A stretch of 64,000 nt of DNA from Bacillota bacterium (lineage in GTDB: Bacteria > Bacillota > Clostridia > Christensenellales > SZUA-584): positions 1,127 to 65,126 of the forward strand of contig JAEYLC010000007.1 in the NCBI GenBank assembly GCA_023461435.1. Reading direction: 5' to 3'. A model generated the notes under the pieces. That model was given only the letters and a program-made list of their open reading frames with translations. It did no database searches and was not told where the DNA came from. Below are positions 9,890 to 18,821 of this stretch, piece after piece. Both the position numbers and the translations under genes were made by a program. The stretch's first letter is position 1; each line of letters begins with the position of its first letter.

Positions 9890-12046
9890 ATGAAAATTCG
9901 AAGCATTAAAAAGAGCAAAATCAAACCAACCGAAACAAACGGCCAAGCGGGAATCGAATCTGTTAAAACCAAAAAAAACGGGGCAAAAAGAACAGGGATA
10001 AAAAAGAACGGAAAGCAGCGGCAGTCCTTTTTTTCAAACATGAGAATCGCCACAAAAATTTTGGCAGGCTTTTTGGTTGTGGCCGCTTTGAGCACGGCTA
10101 TGGGGATCTACGCGGCATCCAATCTTAAGGATATCAGCGCGTCGTCTAAAAAGATTTACGCCAACATTCTGCTTCCGAGCAAAACCATGTACGATCTGAA
10201 TCAGTCCTGTGAAGAATCTTGCAGAACGCTCAGGCAGTCGCTGCTGCTTGATGATGAAGACGACCTGACGCTCATGGCCGGGTTGTCCGAGATTACAAAA
10301 AACCTTGAGGAAATATCGCTCGATTTTTCGACGATCGAATCCTTGATTCCTTCCGATAAGTCGGAGGCTTATCAAACAGCAAAGCAATCGTATGATGCGT
10401 TTGCTTCGCTGCTCCAAACTGCCGTTCAAAGCATTCAAAACGGCAACAAGCAGGATGTGATAAACGATCTGACAAACAGCGGGGATTTAAAGCAAGCGGA
10501 AAGCAGGCTGAGAGACGCTCTTGGCGACCTGATGTTCGCAATCACCGGCGATGCGTCCGGCATTGCCACAAAAAATGACAGAACAAGCGAAAGTGTATTT
10601 CTCATCACAGTCACCGCTATCGGCGCCGTGCTTGCGCTTTCCTTGCTGATCGGGATCATCATATCCCGGGGTATCAGCCGGCCTGTCAAAAAGCTGACAA
10701 GCAACATTATGCGTCTCGCCACCGGAGAAACCGATATTGACATCGAAACGGTCAAAACGAAGGATGAGGTGGGCCAGATGCGTGAGGCGGCCCGCACAAT
10801 TGTCGGCACGATCAAAGAGCTCGAAAAGGACACCGAAATGCTCGCTTCGGCAGCCGCGGAGGGGCATCTCACCGTTCGGGCCGATGCCGGCAAGCATCAA
10901 GGCGCCTATCAAAAAATCGTCGATGGCATGAACGCCACGCTCGACGCGATGAACGCACCGATCAGAGAGTCGGCAAAGGTGCTTGAGGATCTCGCCAAAG
11001 GCAATCTGGACGCCGCCGTCACAAGCGAATTCAACGGAGATTTCGCTTTGATCAAGCACGCGCTCAACGAAACGATCAAAACGCTCAAAGGATATATCAG
11101 CGATATCACATATGTCCTCGGAGAAATGGCCGAGGGTGTACTCACCGTGAAGATCGACTCAGAGTATCAGGGAGATTTCGCGGCGATTCAAACGGCAATC
11201 AACAAGAACATTGAATCCTTTAACAAAGTGCTCGCCGAAATCAACATCGCCGCCAGAGAAGTCTCTTCGGGCACGGAGCAGGTATCCGAAAGCAGCCAAT
11301 CGATATCGCTCGGGGCTTCGTCTCAGGCTTCGGCACTCGACGAGCTCTCGGCAACCGTTTCGCAGATTGCCGAACAAACAAAGAGCAACGCACAGCGCGC
11401 TCAAAAGGCCAGCCATCTTTCGCTTGAGGTGAAGGACAGCGCAATCAACGGAAACGAGAAGATGAAAGCGCTGCTCGACGCCATGAAGGACATTGATAAC
11501 GCCTCCGCGAGCATCTCCAAAATCATCAAGGTGATCGACGATATCGCATTCCAAACGAATATTCTCGCGTTGAATGCCGCTGTTGAGGCGGCACGGGCAG
11601 GAATTCACGGTAAAGGCTTTGCGGTTGTGGCGGAAGAGGTTCGCAATTTGGCGGCCAAGAGCGCGGAGGCCGCAAAGGAGACGGCTGTTCTCATCGACGG
11701 CTCTATCAAAAAGATCAAAGCAGGCACCGAAATTGCCGACGTCACAGCCGATGCGTTCGGTGAGATCGTCAAAAGCATAGAGACAACAGCGAGCCTGTCG
11801 AACGAAATATCGGTTTCCTCGAGCGAGCAGGCGGTCGGCATCAATCAGGTCAACAACGGCATACTGCAGCTTTCCGATGTGGTTCAAAGCAACTCGGCCA
11901 CGTCTGAGGAAATGGCGGCTTCTTCGGAGGAAATATCCGGGCAGGCGGCCCTGCTCAAGGACATGGTGGGCCGGTTTGCTCTTGAAGAAACAGGCAGCAC
12001 AAGGCCCTCATATGACACGGAAAGCACAAAGCTGCTCGAAGAATAA
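9890..12046 (+). CDS. methyl-accepting chemotaxis protein
   Basis: TM segment, HAMP-like repeats and the signalling hairpin [23 protein letters not shown] Lys-rich 50-aa N-terminal extension makes the start ambiguous (9890 with an AGGAG RBS, or ATG 10040). Confidence 0.9.
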   Translation: MKIRSIKKSKIKPTETNGQAGIESVKTKKNGAKRTGIKKNGKQRQSFFSNMRIATKILAGFLVVAALSTAMGIYAASNLKDISASSKKIYANILLPSKTMYDLNQSCEESCRTLRQSLLLDDEDDLTLMAGLSEITKNLEEISLDFSTIESLIPSDKSEAYQTAKQSYDAFASLLQTAVQSIQNGNKQDVINDLTNSGDLKQAESRLRDALGDLMFAITGDASGIATKNDRTSESVFLITVTAIGAVLALSLLIGIIISRGISRPVKKLTSNIMRLATGETDIDIETVKTKDEVGQMREAARTIVGTIKELEKDTEMLASAAAEGHLTVRADAGKHQGAYQKIVDGMNATLDAMNAPIRESAKVLEDLAKGNLDAAVTSEFNGDFALIKHALNETIKTLKGYISDITYVLGEMAEGVLTVKIDSEYQGDFAAIQTAINKNIESFNKVLAEINIAAREVSSGTEQVSESSQSISLGASSQASALDELSATVSQIAEQTKSNAQRAQKASHLSLEVKDSAINGNEKMKALLDAMKDIDNASASISKIIKVIDDIAFQTNILALNAAVEAARAGIHGKGFAVVAEEVRNLAAKSAEAAKETAVLIDGSIKKIKAGTEIADVTADAFGEIVKSIETTASLSNEISVSSSEQAVGINQVNNGILQLSDVVQSNSATSEEMAASSEEISGQAALLKDMVGRFALEETGSTRPSYDTESTKLLEE

Positions 12047-12073
12047 CCATACAGCCGTCCAAATATCAAATGA

Positions 12074-12108
12074 AAACCTCTTTGCGAAACAAGCGAAGAG
12101 GTTTTTTA
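12074..12108 (+). terminator. intrinsic terminator after the MCP gene
   Basis: AACCTCTT/AAGAGGTT stem followed by TTTTT. Confidence 0.7.
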
Positions 12109-12214
12109 ACGCCCCTCAAACTTAACATATCGTGTGTCAAGTCTTCATAATATGTCATTAATACTATCGAAAAATACAAAAGCGTGTTATAATATGTAAA
12201 AATTGCGAGGTGAT

Positions 12215-12841
12215 ATGATGGCAGAATGGTGGAACGCGCTGAGCGCGCTGCAGCAGATGTTTCTTTTCGCGGCAGTTCCTTTTACCGTGGTCCTGATCAT
12301 ACAGGTGATACTCACGATCGTCGGGCTCGGCCACGATTCCGATATGGACACGGGAACCGATGCGGATTCAGATGTCGATATCCATGACGGTATGGACTCT
12401 GATTCGGATGCCGATATCCATGACGGGCACGTGAGCGCGGCGGGCTTCCGCTTCTTCACAATCCGCGGTCTCGTCGCGTTTTTCTGCATGTTCGGCTGGA
12501 CCGGATACGCGCTTAGCGGCACGGCGCTCGGCACGGCGCTTGTGATCGTGCTCTCCGTTGCGGCCGGTCTCATTGCGATGCTGCTCATCGGGCTGATGTT
12601 TTACGCGATGAAACGCATGCAGGCAAGCGGCAATCTACATTATGCGAACGCCATCGGTCAGGATGCCGAGGTGTATCTGCCGATTCCCCCCTCCCGCGGC
12701 GGCAGGGGCAAGGTCATGGTATCGTTTCAGGAGCGGCTCGTCGAAGCCGAAGCCATCACCGACGACGAAGAGAAAATCCCCACTGGCACAGCCGTCCGCG
12801 TTGTGGGCAATACGGGCAATACGCTCATCGTAAAAAAATAA
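12215..12841 (+). CDS. NfeD-family membrane protein
   Basis: Hydrophobic segments plus a C-terminal OB-like segment (GRGKVMVSFQERLVEAEAI...GTAVRVVG). Lies immediately upstream of a flotillin gene, the classic NfeD-SPFH pairing. Confidence 0.7.
   Translation: MMAEWWNALSALQQMFLFAAVPFTVVLIIQVILTIVGLGHDSDMDTGTDADSDVDIHDGMDSDSDADIHDGHVSAAGFRFFTIRGLVAFFCMFGWTGYALSGTALGTALVIVLSVAAGLIAMLLIGLMFYAMKRMQASGNLHYANAIGQDAEVYLPIPPSRGGRGKVMVSFQERLVEAEAITDDEEKIPTGTAVRVVGNTGNTLIVKK
12365..12426 (+). repeat. in-frame near-duplicate inside the NfeD gene, encoding DSD(V/A)DIHDG twice
   Basis: gattcagatgtcgatatccatgacgg (12365-12390) and gattcggatgccgatatccatgacgg (12401-12426), offset 36 nt. Confidence 0.8.
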
Positions 12842-12856
12842 AGGAGACATAAAGCT

Positions 12857-14278
12857 ATGGGAGTCATGATCATCGTCATTATCGCCGTCGTGATACTGTT
12901 TACAACATTCATCGCGATGCTGACGCGCTACAAGAGATGTCCGTCCGACAGGATTCTTGTGGTATACGGCAAGGTTGGCCGGAATGCCAACGGCGCGAAC
13001 GCGAGCGCCAAGTGCGTTCACGGCGGCGCGGCGTTCATATGGCCCGTTTTTCAGCACTATGAGTTCATGAGCTTGACGCCGATGGCCATCACGGTGGATT
13101 TGAAAAACGCGCTATCCAAGCAGAACATCCGTATCGACGTGCCCTCGCGCTTTACCGTCGGCATTTCGACGGAGCCCGGCATCATGCAGAATGCCGCCGA
13201 GCGTCTGCTGGGGCTCGGGCTCGATGAGATCGAAGAGCTTGCCAAGGACATCATTTTCGGCCAGCTGCGTCTCGTCGTCGCGACGATGGACATTGAAGAG
13301 ATCAACACGGACAGAGACCTCTTTTTGGAGGAAGTCTCGCGCAACGTGGAAACCGAGCTTAAAAAGATCGGTCTGAGACTCATCAACGTGAACGTCACGG
13401 ATATCAACGACGAATCGGGCTATATTCAGGCGCTCGGCAAGGAGGCCGCCGCCAAAGCGATCAACGACGCGAGAAAGAGCGTGGCTGAGAAAAACAGGGA
13501 CGGCTCCATCGGTGAGGCGCTGGCTCAGAAGGACGAGAGGATCAGCGTGGCACAGGCCAATTCTGAGGCCATCGAGGGCGAAAACACCGCGAAGATCACA
13601 GTGGCCAATTCAGACGCGCTGCGCAGAGAGCGGGAAGCCGAAGCTTTGAGGCGCGCCACCGCCGCCGAAAAGGTGCAGACCGCCAAAGCCCTGCAGGAAG
13701 CGTATGCGGCGGAAGAGGATGCAGAGCGCCAGAGAGCGACCCGCGAGCAGGCCTCCAAGGAAGCGGATATCATCGTTCAGGCCGAGATCGCGAAGAGAAA
13801 GGCCGAGATTGACGCCGAAGCTGAAGCCGAACGTTACAGAAGAATGGCCAAGGGCGAAGCGGACGCGATATTTGCCAAGATGCAGGCACAGGCCAAAGGT
13901 ATCAACGAGATACTCACCAAGCAGGCCGAAGGCTTCAAGCAGATCATCGGCGCGGCATCGGGCGACGCGAACGCGGCCGTGCGTATGATGATCGCCGATA
14001 AAATGGAGGAGATCGTCAAGGTGCAGGTGGAAGCCATCAAGAACCTCAAGATCGACAAAGTCACCGTGTGGGACAGCGGCAACGGCAAGGGCGAATCGTC
14101 CACGGCGAATTTTCTTTCCGGGCTCATGAAGAGCCTGCCGCCCATGAACGAGCTTTTCGATATGGCCGGCATGGAGCTGCCCGAATATCTCGGCAAAGAC
14201 AAGCAGCGCGAGCAGGATAAGCAGGGTGCGCAGGCCAAGCCAGACACCGCCGAACCGGAGCAAAAGCCCGCGGAATAA
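12857..14278 (+). CDS. flotillin-like SPFH/band-7 protein
   Basis: N-terminal TM, SPFH core, then a long Ala/Glu-rich coiled-coil region (AEALRRATAAEKVQTAKALQEAYAAEEDAERQRA...). AAGGAG lies 9 nt upstream of the ATG. Confidence 0.88.
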   Translation: MGVMIIVIIAVVILFTTFIAMLTRYKRCPSDRILVVYGKVGRNANGANASAKCVHGGAAFIWPVFQHYEFMSLTPMAITVDLKNALSKQNIRIDVPSRFTVGISTEPGIMQNAAERLLGLGLDEIEELAKDIIFGQLRLVVATMDIEEINTDRDLFLEEVSRNVETELKKIGLRLINVNVTDINDESGYIQALGKEAAAKAINDARKSVAEKNRDGSIGEALAQKDERISVAQANSEAIEGENTAKITVANSDALRREREAEALRRATAAEKVQTAKALQEAYAAEEDAERQRATREQASKEADIIVQAEIAKRKAEIDAEAEAERYRRMAKGEADAIFAKMQAQAKGINEILTKQAEGFKQIIGAASGDANAAVRMMIADKMEEIVKVQVEAIKNLKIDKVTVWDSGNGKGESSTANFLSGLMKSLPPMNELFDMAGMELPEYLGKDKQREQDKQGAQAKPDTAEPEQKPAE

Positions 14279-14318
14279 GCGCAAACGGTTAGAATATGTC
14301 ATCGTACTTATCAACTAT

Positions 14319-14357
14319 AAAATCCTCTTTACCAAGGCGAAGAGGATTTTGATTTTG
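14319..14357 (+). terminator. intrinsic terminator after the flotillin gene
   Basis: AAAATCCTCTT/AAGAGGATTTT stem followed by a T-rich run. Confidence 0.75.
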
Positions 14358-14404
14358 TGTTTTTTCTGTTATACTACAAATATTCTCCAAAATTCGAGGT
14401 GACC

Positions 14405-15454
14405 ATGAAAAGAATCATATCGAGAATATTCATCATACTTGGCTGCTTCCTCGTCGTCGCGGTGTTCGCGGCGGGCGCTCTTTTTTTCAATGAGCTTCGC
14501 AGTCTTTCCGCGCTTAAAAAGGCAGACGACTACCCGATGTACACGATGACATATTACGGCGATTACGGGTTCGACGAGTTCCTGAAGGTCGGGGCGAAAA
14601 ACGACGGCGACATCGAAGCCTTTGTCACCAAGCGCCTCTTAAAGGGTCTGCCGATCGATCTTGGCGTGACGGGCGACGGGTGCACGGCCTTTGTCACCCA
14701 CAACGAAAAGAGCGAGGTTATATTCGGCCGCAATTTTGATTTTGACTACACGCCGTCTCTGCAGGTTAAAACAGCGCCGCAGGACGGCTACGCCTCCATA
14801 TCCACCGTCAACTTAACGTTCGCGGGTTACTCGAAGGACAGCCTGCCCGAGGGCTTCAACGCGTTTTTGGCGCTGGCCGCGCCGTATCTGCCGTTCGACG
14901 GCGTCAATGAAAAAGGCGTCGCGATCGCACTGCTGGCCGTACCCGAGGTTCACTATCAAAACGATGACAGCAAGGTCACGCTTAACACCACCACGGCGAT
15001 CCGTCTCGTGCTCGATAAAGCGGCGAGCGTCGATGAAGCCGTAGAGCTTTTGAAGCAGTACAACATCTATTTTTCAGCCGATGTGGACTGTCATTACCTG
15101 ATCGGCGACACGACGGGCAAATCCGTGATCGTTGAATACTGGGATGGCGCGCTGCAGACGGTGGAGCCGGAAAAGGATTATCAGGTCGCCTCAAATTTTA
15201 TCGCGTACAACGGGCTCAACATCGGCGAAGGATACACCGAGTTTGAGCGGTACGACGCAGTGGTGAATGCCATCGAGCAATACGGCGGGACATTGACCGA
15301 GGATCAAGCGGTCAGCCTGCTCAAAGAGATCGGCTGCTACGACGGCGATGAGGATATGCTGCAATGGTCGGTGGTGTATAATCTTGATACGCTGGACGGA
15401 CGGATTTTCGCGCACCGCAATACCGATAACATCATGCCGTTTACTTTGAAATAA
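14405..15454 (+). CDS. membrane-anchored Ntn-hydrolase-like protein (choloylglycine hydrolase / peptidase C45 type)
   Basis: N-terminal TM anchor. GDGCTAFV (candidate Cys nucleophile) followed by GRNFDFDY. ATG 14405 is preferred over the listed 14357. Confidence 0.55.
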   Translation: MKRIISRIFIILGCFLVVAVFAAGALFFNELRSLSALKKADDYPMYTMTYYGDYGFDEFLKVGAKNDGDIEAFVTKRLLKGLPIDLGVTGDGCTAFVTHNEKSEVIFGRNFDFDYTPSLQVKTAPQDGYASISTVNLTFAGYSKDSLPEGFNAFLALAAPYLPFDGVNEKGVAIALLAVPEVHYQNDDSKVTLNTTTAIRLVLDKAASVDEAVELLKQYNIYFSADVDCHYLIGDTTGKSVIVEYWDGALQTVEPEKDYQVASNFIAYNGLNIGEGYTEFERYDAVVNAIEQYGGTLTEDQAVSLLKEIGCYDGDEDMLQWSVVYNLDTLDGRIFAHRNTDNIMPFTLK

Positions 15455-15755
15455 CGTTCAGCAATACTTTCAGTCAAAAAGGGTATTTATGTCATTTCGA
15501 TTGAGTGTCAGCGATTGACTACGCAGTGGACTGGAATCCCCTTCTACAAAGCGTTTTACATGGAATTCCTCGACAAGCTCGGAATGACCAAAGAGGTTTG
15601 TCCACAGCATAGGTGCGGCACCGCCGCGCTTTTTGTTTTGACGTAAATTTTCGAATCCTTTGTATTTTTGTCGGATGGGTCGGGAATGCTTGCTTTTTGC
15701 CCCTTTCAATGCCTATAGTCGTGTCATAAAAGACTAACGATGATGAGGTGGAAAC

Positions 15756-17045
15756 ATGAACTTTTGCACTCAATGCGGAAAAGAAGCGGACGACGACGCC
15801 CTGTTTTGCACCGGATGCGGTCACAGGCTTAACAGCACATCCGAGACGGATCAAGCCTTATCGGGACAAACTGCGGCGACTTTCGCGGATATGCCTTTGA
15901 GTGAACCGCCGGTCAGTGAGCCGCCAGCCAGTGAGCCGCCGACAGTCCCGCAGTTTGCCAATACGCAGCCGATGGCGTCCGCCTTTGAGTCGGCCCACAC
16001 CGCCGCGCCGCCTTTGCCTTATCGCGGGGTCTTTCCTGAGGCAGAGCCGATTGAGGAACCTGCTCACAAAATTAAAAACAGACGGAGCCCCCGTATGCAT
16101 ACCGGCGAAAAGAAGCTCCCGTATACGTTTTTAAACACAGGGATGGGGCTGATCCTCACGCTGCTGCTGCTGTGCACGGCGGTATTCTTGAGCGTTATCA
16201 CGCCGCTTTTCTTCGACTATAATAATTTGATGAACGCGATTAAGCAGTGCGCCCTTTTCGCACTGATCGCCATCGCGGCCACGCTGACCATACGCGCCGG
16301 CGGGCTCGATCTATCCATCGGCCCCTGCATCGCCATGAGTTCGATTGTTATTGCCCAGACAATGCTGATGGGCGGCTCCGCCGTCAGCGGCGCGCTGCTC
16401 GCCGCGTCCGCAGCGCTCGTGCTGGGGCTTATCAACGGCTTCGCTGTGGTGTTTTTTAAGACGCCCGCGCTCATCGTGACGCTCGCCTCAGGGCTCGTGG
16501 TGGGCGGCGTGAACACGGCGTTTACCCAAGGGCATATGATTTCCGCCCAGTTTTCCGGAAAAATCGAATATTTCGCATCAACAAGCATCATCGGCGTTCT
16601 CGCCCTGCTGGGCGCCGCCTTTGTGCTCGGTTTTCTTTATCACATGCTGACCCGGGCCGGAAAACCGTTTTCGGACAGAGAGCAAACCCACTCCAACGTT
16701 TCATATATGCTGGCGTATCTCGCCAGCGCCGAGATTGCGGCGGCAGTCGGTTTCATACTGCTTGTGCGCTTTCAAACGGCAACGTCTGCGACCGATCTGC
16801 AGTATACGGCTTTTATCATATTCGTGTTCGCCCTATTAACGGCCAGCCGGGTGCTCGATAACCGGTTTGCTCCCGTGCTGTTCGCGCTGGTGCCGGGCAT
16901 CATCTGGGGCTTACTCAGCAACGTCTTCAGCCTTTGGGGCGTTTTCTCGTATTACCAGCCGGTCGTTTACAGCGCGCTTGCGCTGATTTGCCTGATGGTC
17001 GCGCTGCTAAGCCGCTTTCAAAGCAAAAAAAATGCGATAGAATAG
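15756..17045 (+). CDS. zinc-ribbon / Pro-rich linker / RbsC-AraH-like (BPD_transp_2) permease-domain fusion protein
   Basis: N-terminal CTQCG..x..CTGCG. Three SEPP(V/A/T) repeats. The membrane domain aligns by eye with the in-window RbsC-like permease (RAGGLDLSIGP vs TGGIDLSVGS; PALIVTLASG vs APFVVTLAFM). Confidence 0.6.
   Translation: MNFCTQCGKEADDDALFCTGCGHRLNSTSETDQALSGQTAATFADMPLSEPPVSEPPASEPPTVPQFANTQPMASAFESAHTAAPPLPYRGVFPEAEPIEEPAHKIKNRRSPRMHTGEKKLPYTFLNTGMGLILTLLLLCTAVFLSVITPLFFDYNNLMNAIKQCALFALIAIAATLTIRAGGLDLSIGPCIAMSSIVIAQTMLMGGSAVSGALLAASAALVLGLINGFAVVFFKTPALIVTLASGLVVGGVNTAFTQGHMISAQFSGKIEYFASTSIIGVLALLGAAFVLGFLYHMLTRAGKPFSDREQTHSNVSYMLAYLASAEIAAAVGFILLVRFQTATSATDLQYTAFIIFVFALLTASRVLDNRFAPVLFALVPGIIWGLLSNVFSLWGVFSYYQPVVYSALALICLMVALLSRFQSKKNAIE
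15900..15944 (+). repeat. 3 x 15-nt in-frame tandem repeat (SEPPV/SEPPA/SEPPT)
   Basis: agtgaaccgccggtc / agtgagccgccagcc / agtgagccgccgaca. Confidence 0.9.
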
Positions 17046-17095
17046 CTCATTTGATAAAAAAGTGTTATAATAGGGACAAGAGGGGATGATGAAAT

Positions 17096-17572
17096 ATGAG
17101 TCTCACAGTCTCCAGCCTGTCGAAATCCTATTATAACATATACGCCCTGACAAACAGCGATGCCTATAAAGCCCACGCTGTGGACTCTTCGGCTGTGTCC
17201 AAATCAAAATTCAACGTTGCGGATGTCAGCAGCGCGTTCGATATGCTGAGCAGCGAGTCGAATTTCAGCACGATCGGCAGTATCTCGAGTTATTCAAAGG
17301 ATCTTTATAAGCTGAGCCAGATCAAGGATACGAGCAAAAACGATACGCTGATCAACAACGTGGTGAGCCTGTTTTCCAAAGATACGGATATGTTCAGCAT
17401 TCTCGATACGAGCGCCGCGAACGCGCAAAAGGTAAAAGAGGCGCTGAGCAGTTCCGAATCCACCGGAGGTTCTCAAAAAAATAACGCGATCTCGGCGTAT
17501 ACGAGCTTTGTCTCGGCTTACACGCGATTTCTTGAAAACAACGATCAGGGCCTGATCAGCGTGCTGTTATGA
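17096..17572 (+). CDS. hypothetical Ser-rich protein
   Basis: 158-aa ORF with GAGGGGATG upstream. No signal peptide or recognisable motif. Followed by a terminator. Confidence 0.4.
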   Translation: MSLTVSSLSKSYYNIYALTNSDAYKAHAVDSSAVSKSKFNVADVSSAFDMLSSESNFSTIGSISSYSKDLYKLSQIKDTSKNDTLINNVVSLFSKDTDMFSILDTSAANAQKVKEALSSSESTGGSQKNNAISAYTSFVSAYTRFLENNDQGLISVLL

Positions 17573-17584
17573 TCAATAAATCCC

Positions 17585-17610
17585 AAAGCGGCTTCAAGGC
17601 CGCTTTTTTA
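17585..17610. terminator. bidirectional intrinsic terminator
   Basis: AAAGCGGC/GCCGCTTT stem with a T-run on the plus strand, between convergent genes. Confidence 0.7.
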
Positions 17611-18195
17611 TTGTAGCATCAATTTGAGCATCTTCACAGCCTGACCGTTCACATGCGCCCTGAACTGCGCCTCGTCCCGAATCAGACTGCGGCCCGAGAA
17701 AAAAATAGACAGCTCGCCTATGATATAGCAGTGGACGTTATGCAGCAAATACCGCATTGCGTCCTCATCCCGGGGCGGGTCATTCATCTGCCGCGAGATA
17801 TCCGCGAGCGTCGTGAGCATCGTATGCACGGTGCTCGCCGTCAGATCATAGTGCGCCTGCGGCCTCGGGCTTTTCAGCGGCTCAAACCACGCGAGGAAAA
17901 ACCAGCCCTTATGTGCCAAGTAAAAATCGATAAAGGAGCGGAAAAAAGCGGCGAGCTTTTCCTCCGGGCTTGATGCGTGTGTCAGTCCGTCATCGATCCC
18001 GCTTTGCAGGCGCCTTATTATGGCCTCCTGAACCTCCCACAGCAGGGCGTCGAATGAATCGAAATAATTGTAGAGATTCGTATGCGCGCAGCCAAGCTCG
18101 CGCGCGATATCTCGAAAGTTGATCCTTGCTCCGTTTTTGTCTATGAGCGCCAGCGCGGTATCAATCACTTGCTGCTTACTTATGCCTTTTGCCAC
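17608..18195 (-). CDS. TetR/AcrR-family transcriptional regulator
   Basis: N-terminal HTH (INFRDIARELGCAHTNLYNYFDS) and a helical C-terminal domain. Confidence 0.85.
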   Translation of the reverse strand: MAKGISKQQVIDTALALIDKNGARINFRDIARELGCAHTNLYNYFDSFDALLWEVQEAIIRRLQSGIDDGLTHASSPEEKLAAFFRSFIDFYLAHKGWFFLAWFEPLKSPRPQAHYDLTASTVHTMLTTLADISRQMNDPPRDEDAMRYLLHNVHCYIIGELSIFFSGRSLIRDEAQFRAHVNGQAVKMLKLMLQ

Positions 18196-18207
18196 CGATG
18201 TCTCCTC

Positions 18208-18702
18208 TTAGAGCATTTTTTGCATATAGACCACGTCGAACGTCACGCCGTTTTTTCGTCCGACCGCTTTTAAAGTGCCGCAGACCGTGAACCCGTGCTT
18301 GCGGTGGAACGCAAGGCTGGCTTCGTTGAGCGAGCTGATACTGGCAATCAGCGTCTCAATGTTCTTTTCTCTCGCACCCTGAATAAAGTACCCGAGCATC
18401 ATCGTTCCGAGCCCCCTGGCCGCGTAATCCGGGCTCAGAAAGTAGGAGACCTCCGCCGTATGCGAGAAAGTGGACATCGGATTGTAGGCGCGCAGGCCCC
18501 CAAAGCCCACCACTTTTCCGTTATCGACAGCCACAGCGTTCGGGTACCCTTGGAACGACGCCATCAGCGTACCGTAAAACGCCTCGGGCAGACGCGTTTG
18601 CGGATAAGCCGCAAAGCTGTTCTCCACATAATAATTGAAAATCTCCATCACCGGCTGCGCATCCTCCGCCGCCATCGGCCTCAATTTGATTTCCGACTGC
18701 AT
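18208..18702 (-). CDS. GNAT family N-acetyltransferase (phosphinothricin-acetyltransferase-like)
   Basis: 164 aa. The pattern VSYFLSPDYAARGLGTMML...FHRKHGF is typical of the GNAT acetyl-CoA site. Confidence 0.8.
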   Translation of the reverse strand: MQSEIKLRPMAAEDAQPVMEIFNYYVENSFAAYPQTRLPEAFYGTLMASFQGYPNAVAVDNGKVVGFGGLRAYNPMSTFSHTAEVSYFLSPDYAARGLGTMMLGYFIQGAREKNIETLIASISSLNEASLAFHRKHGFTVCGTLKAVGRKNGVTFDVVYMQKML

Positions 18703-18821
18703 GATACCCCTCCTATTACCAACGGTAATGACTATTGGTAATATAATACTTCACAGGCGGTTTGTCAATATCTGAAAATAAAAAAGCGGCCGCGCATCGC
18801 AGCCGCCTCGAAGTCATCATT

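Noticed and set aside
9700-9909. 69-aa hydrophobic ORF in the spacer upstream of the MCP gene.
   Set aside because: Its ATG lies inside the terminator hairpin of the acyltransferase gene (AAAAAGGA...TCCTTTTT). It has no RBS and it runs through the MCP RBS and start.
9890-10039. Lys-rich 50-aa N-terminal extension of the MCP containing an A8 homopolymer (about 9971-9978) as a possible phase-variation switch.
   Set aside because: If the true start is ATG 10040, the tract is simply 5' UTR. An A8 run in a Lys-rich stretch is expected from AAA/AAG codons. Nothing in a single sequence shows slippage.
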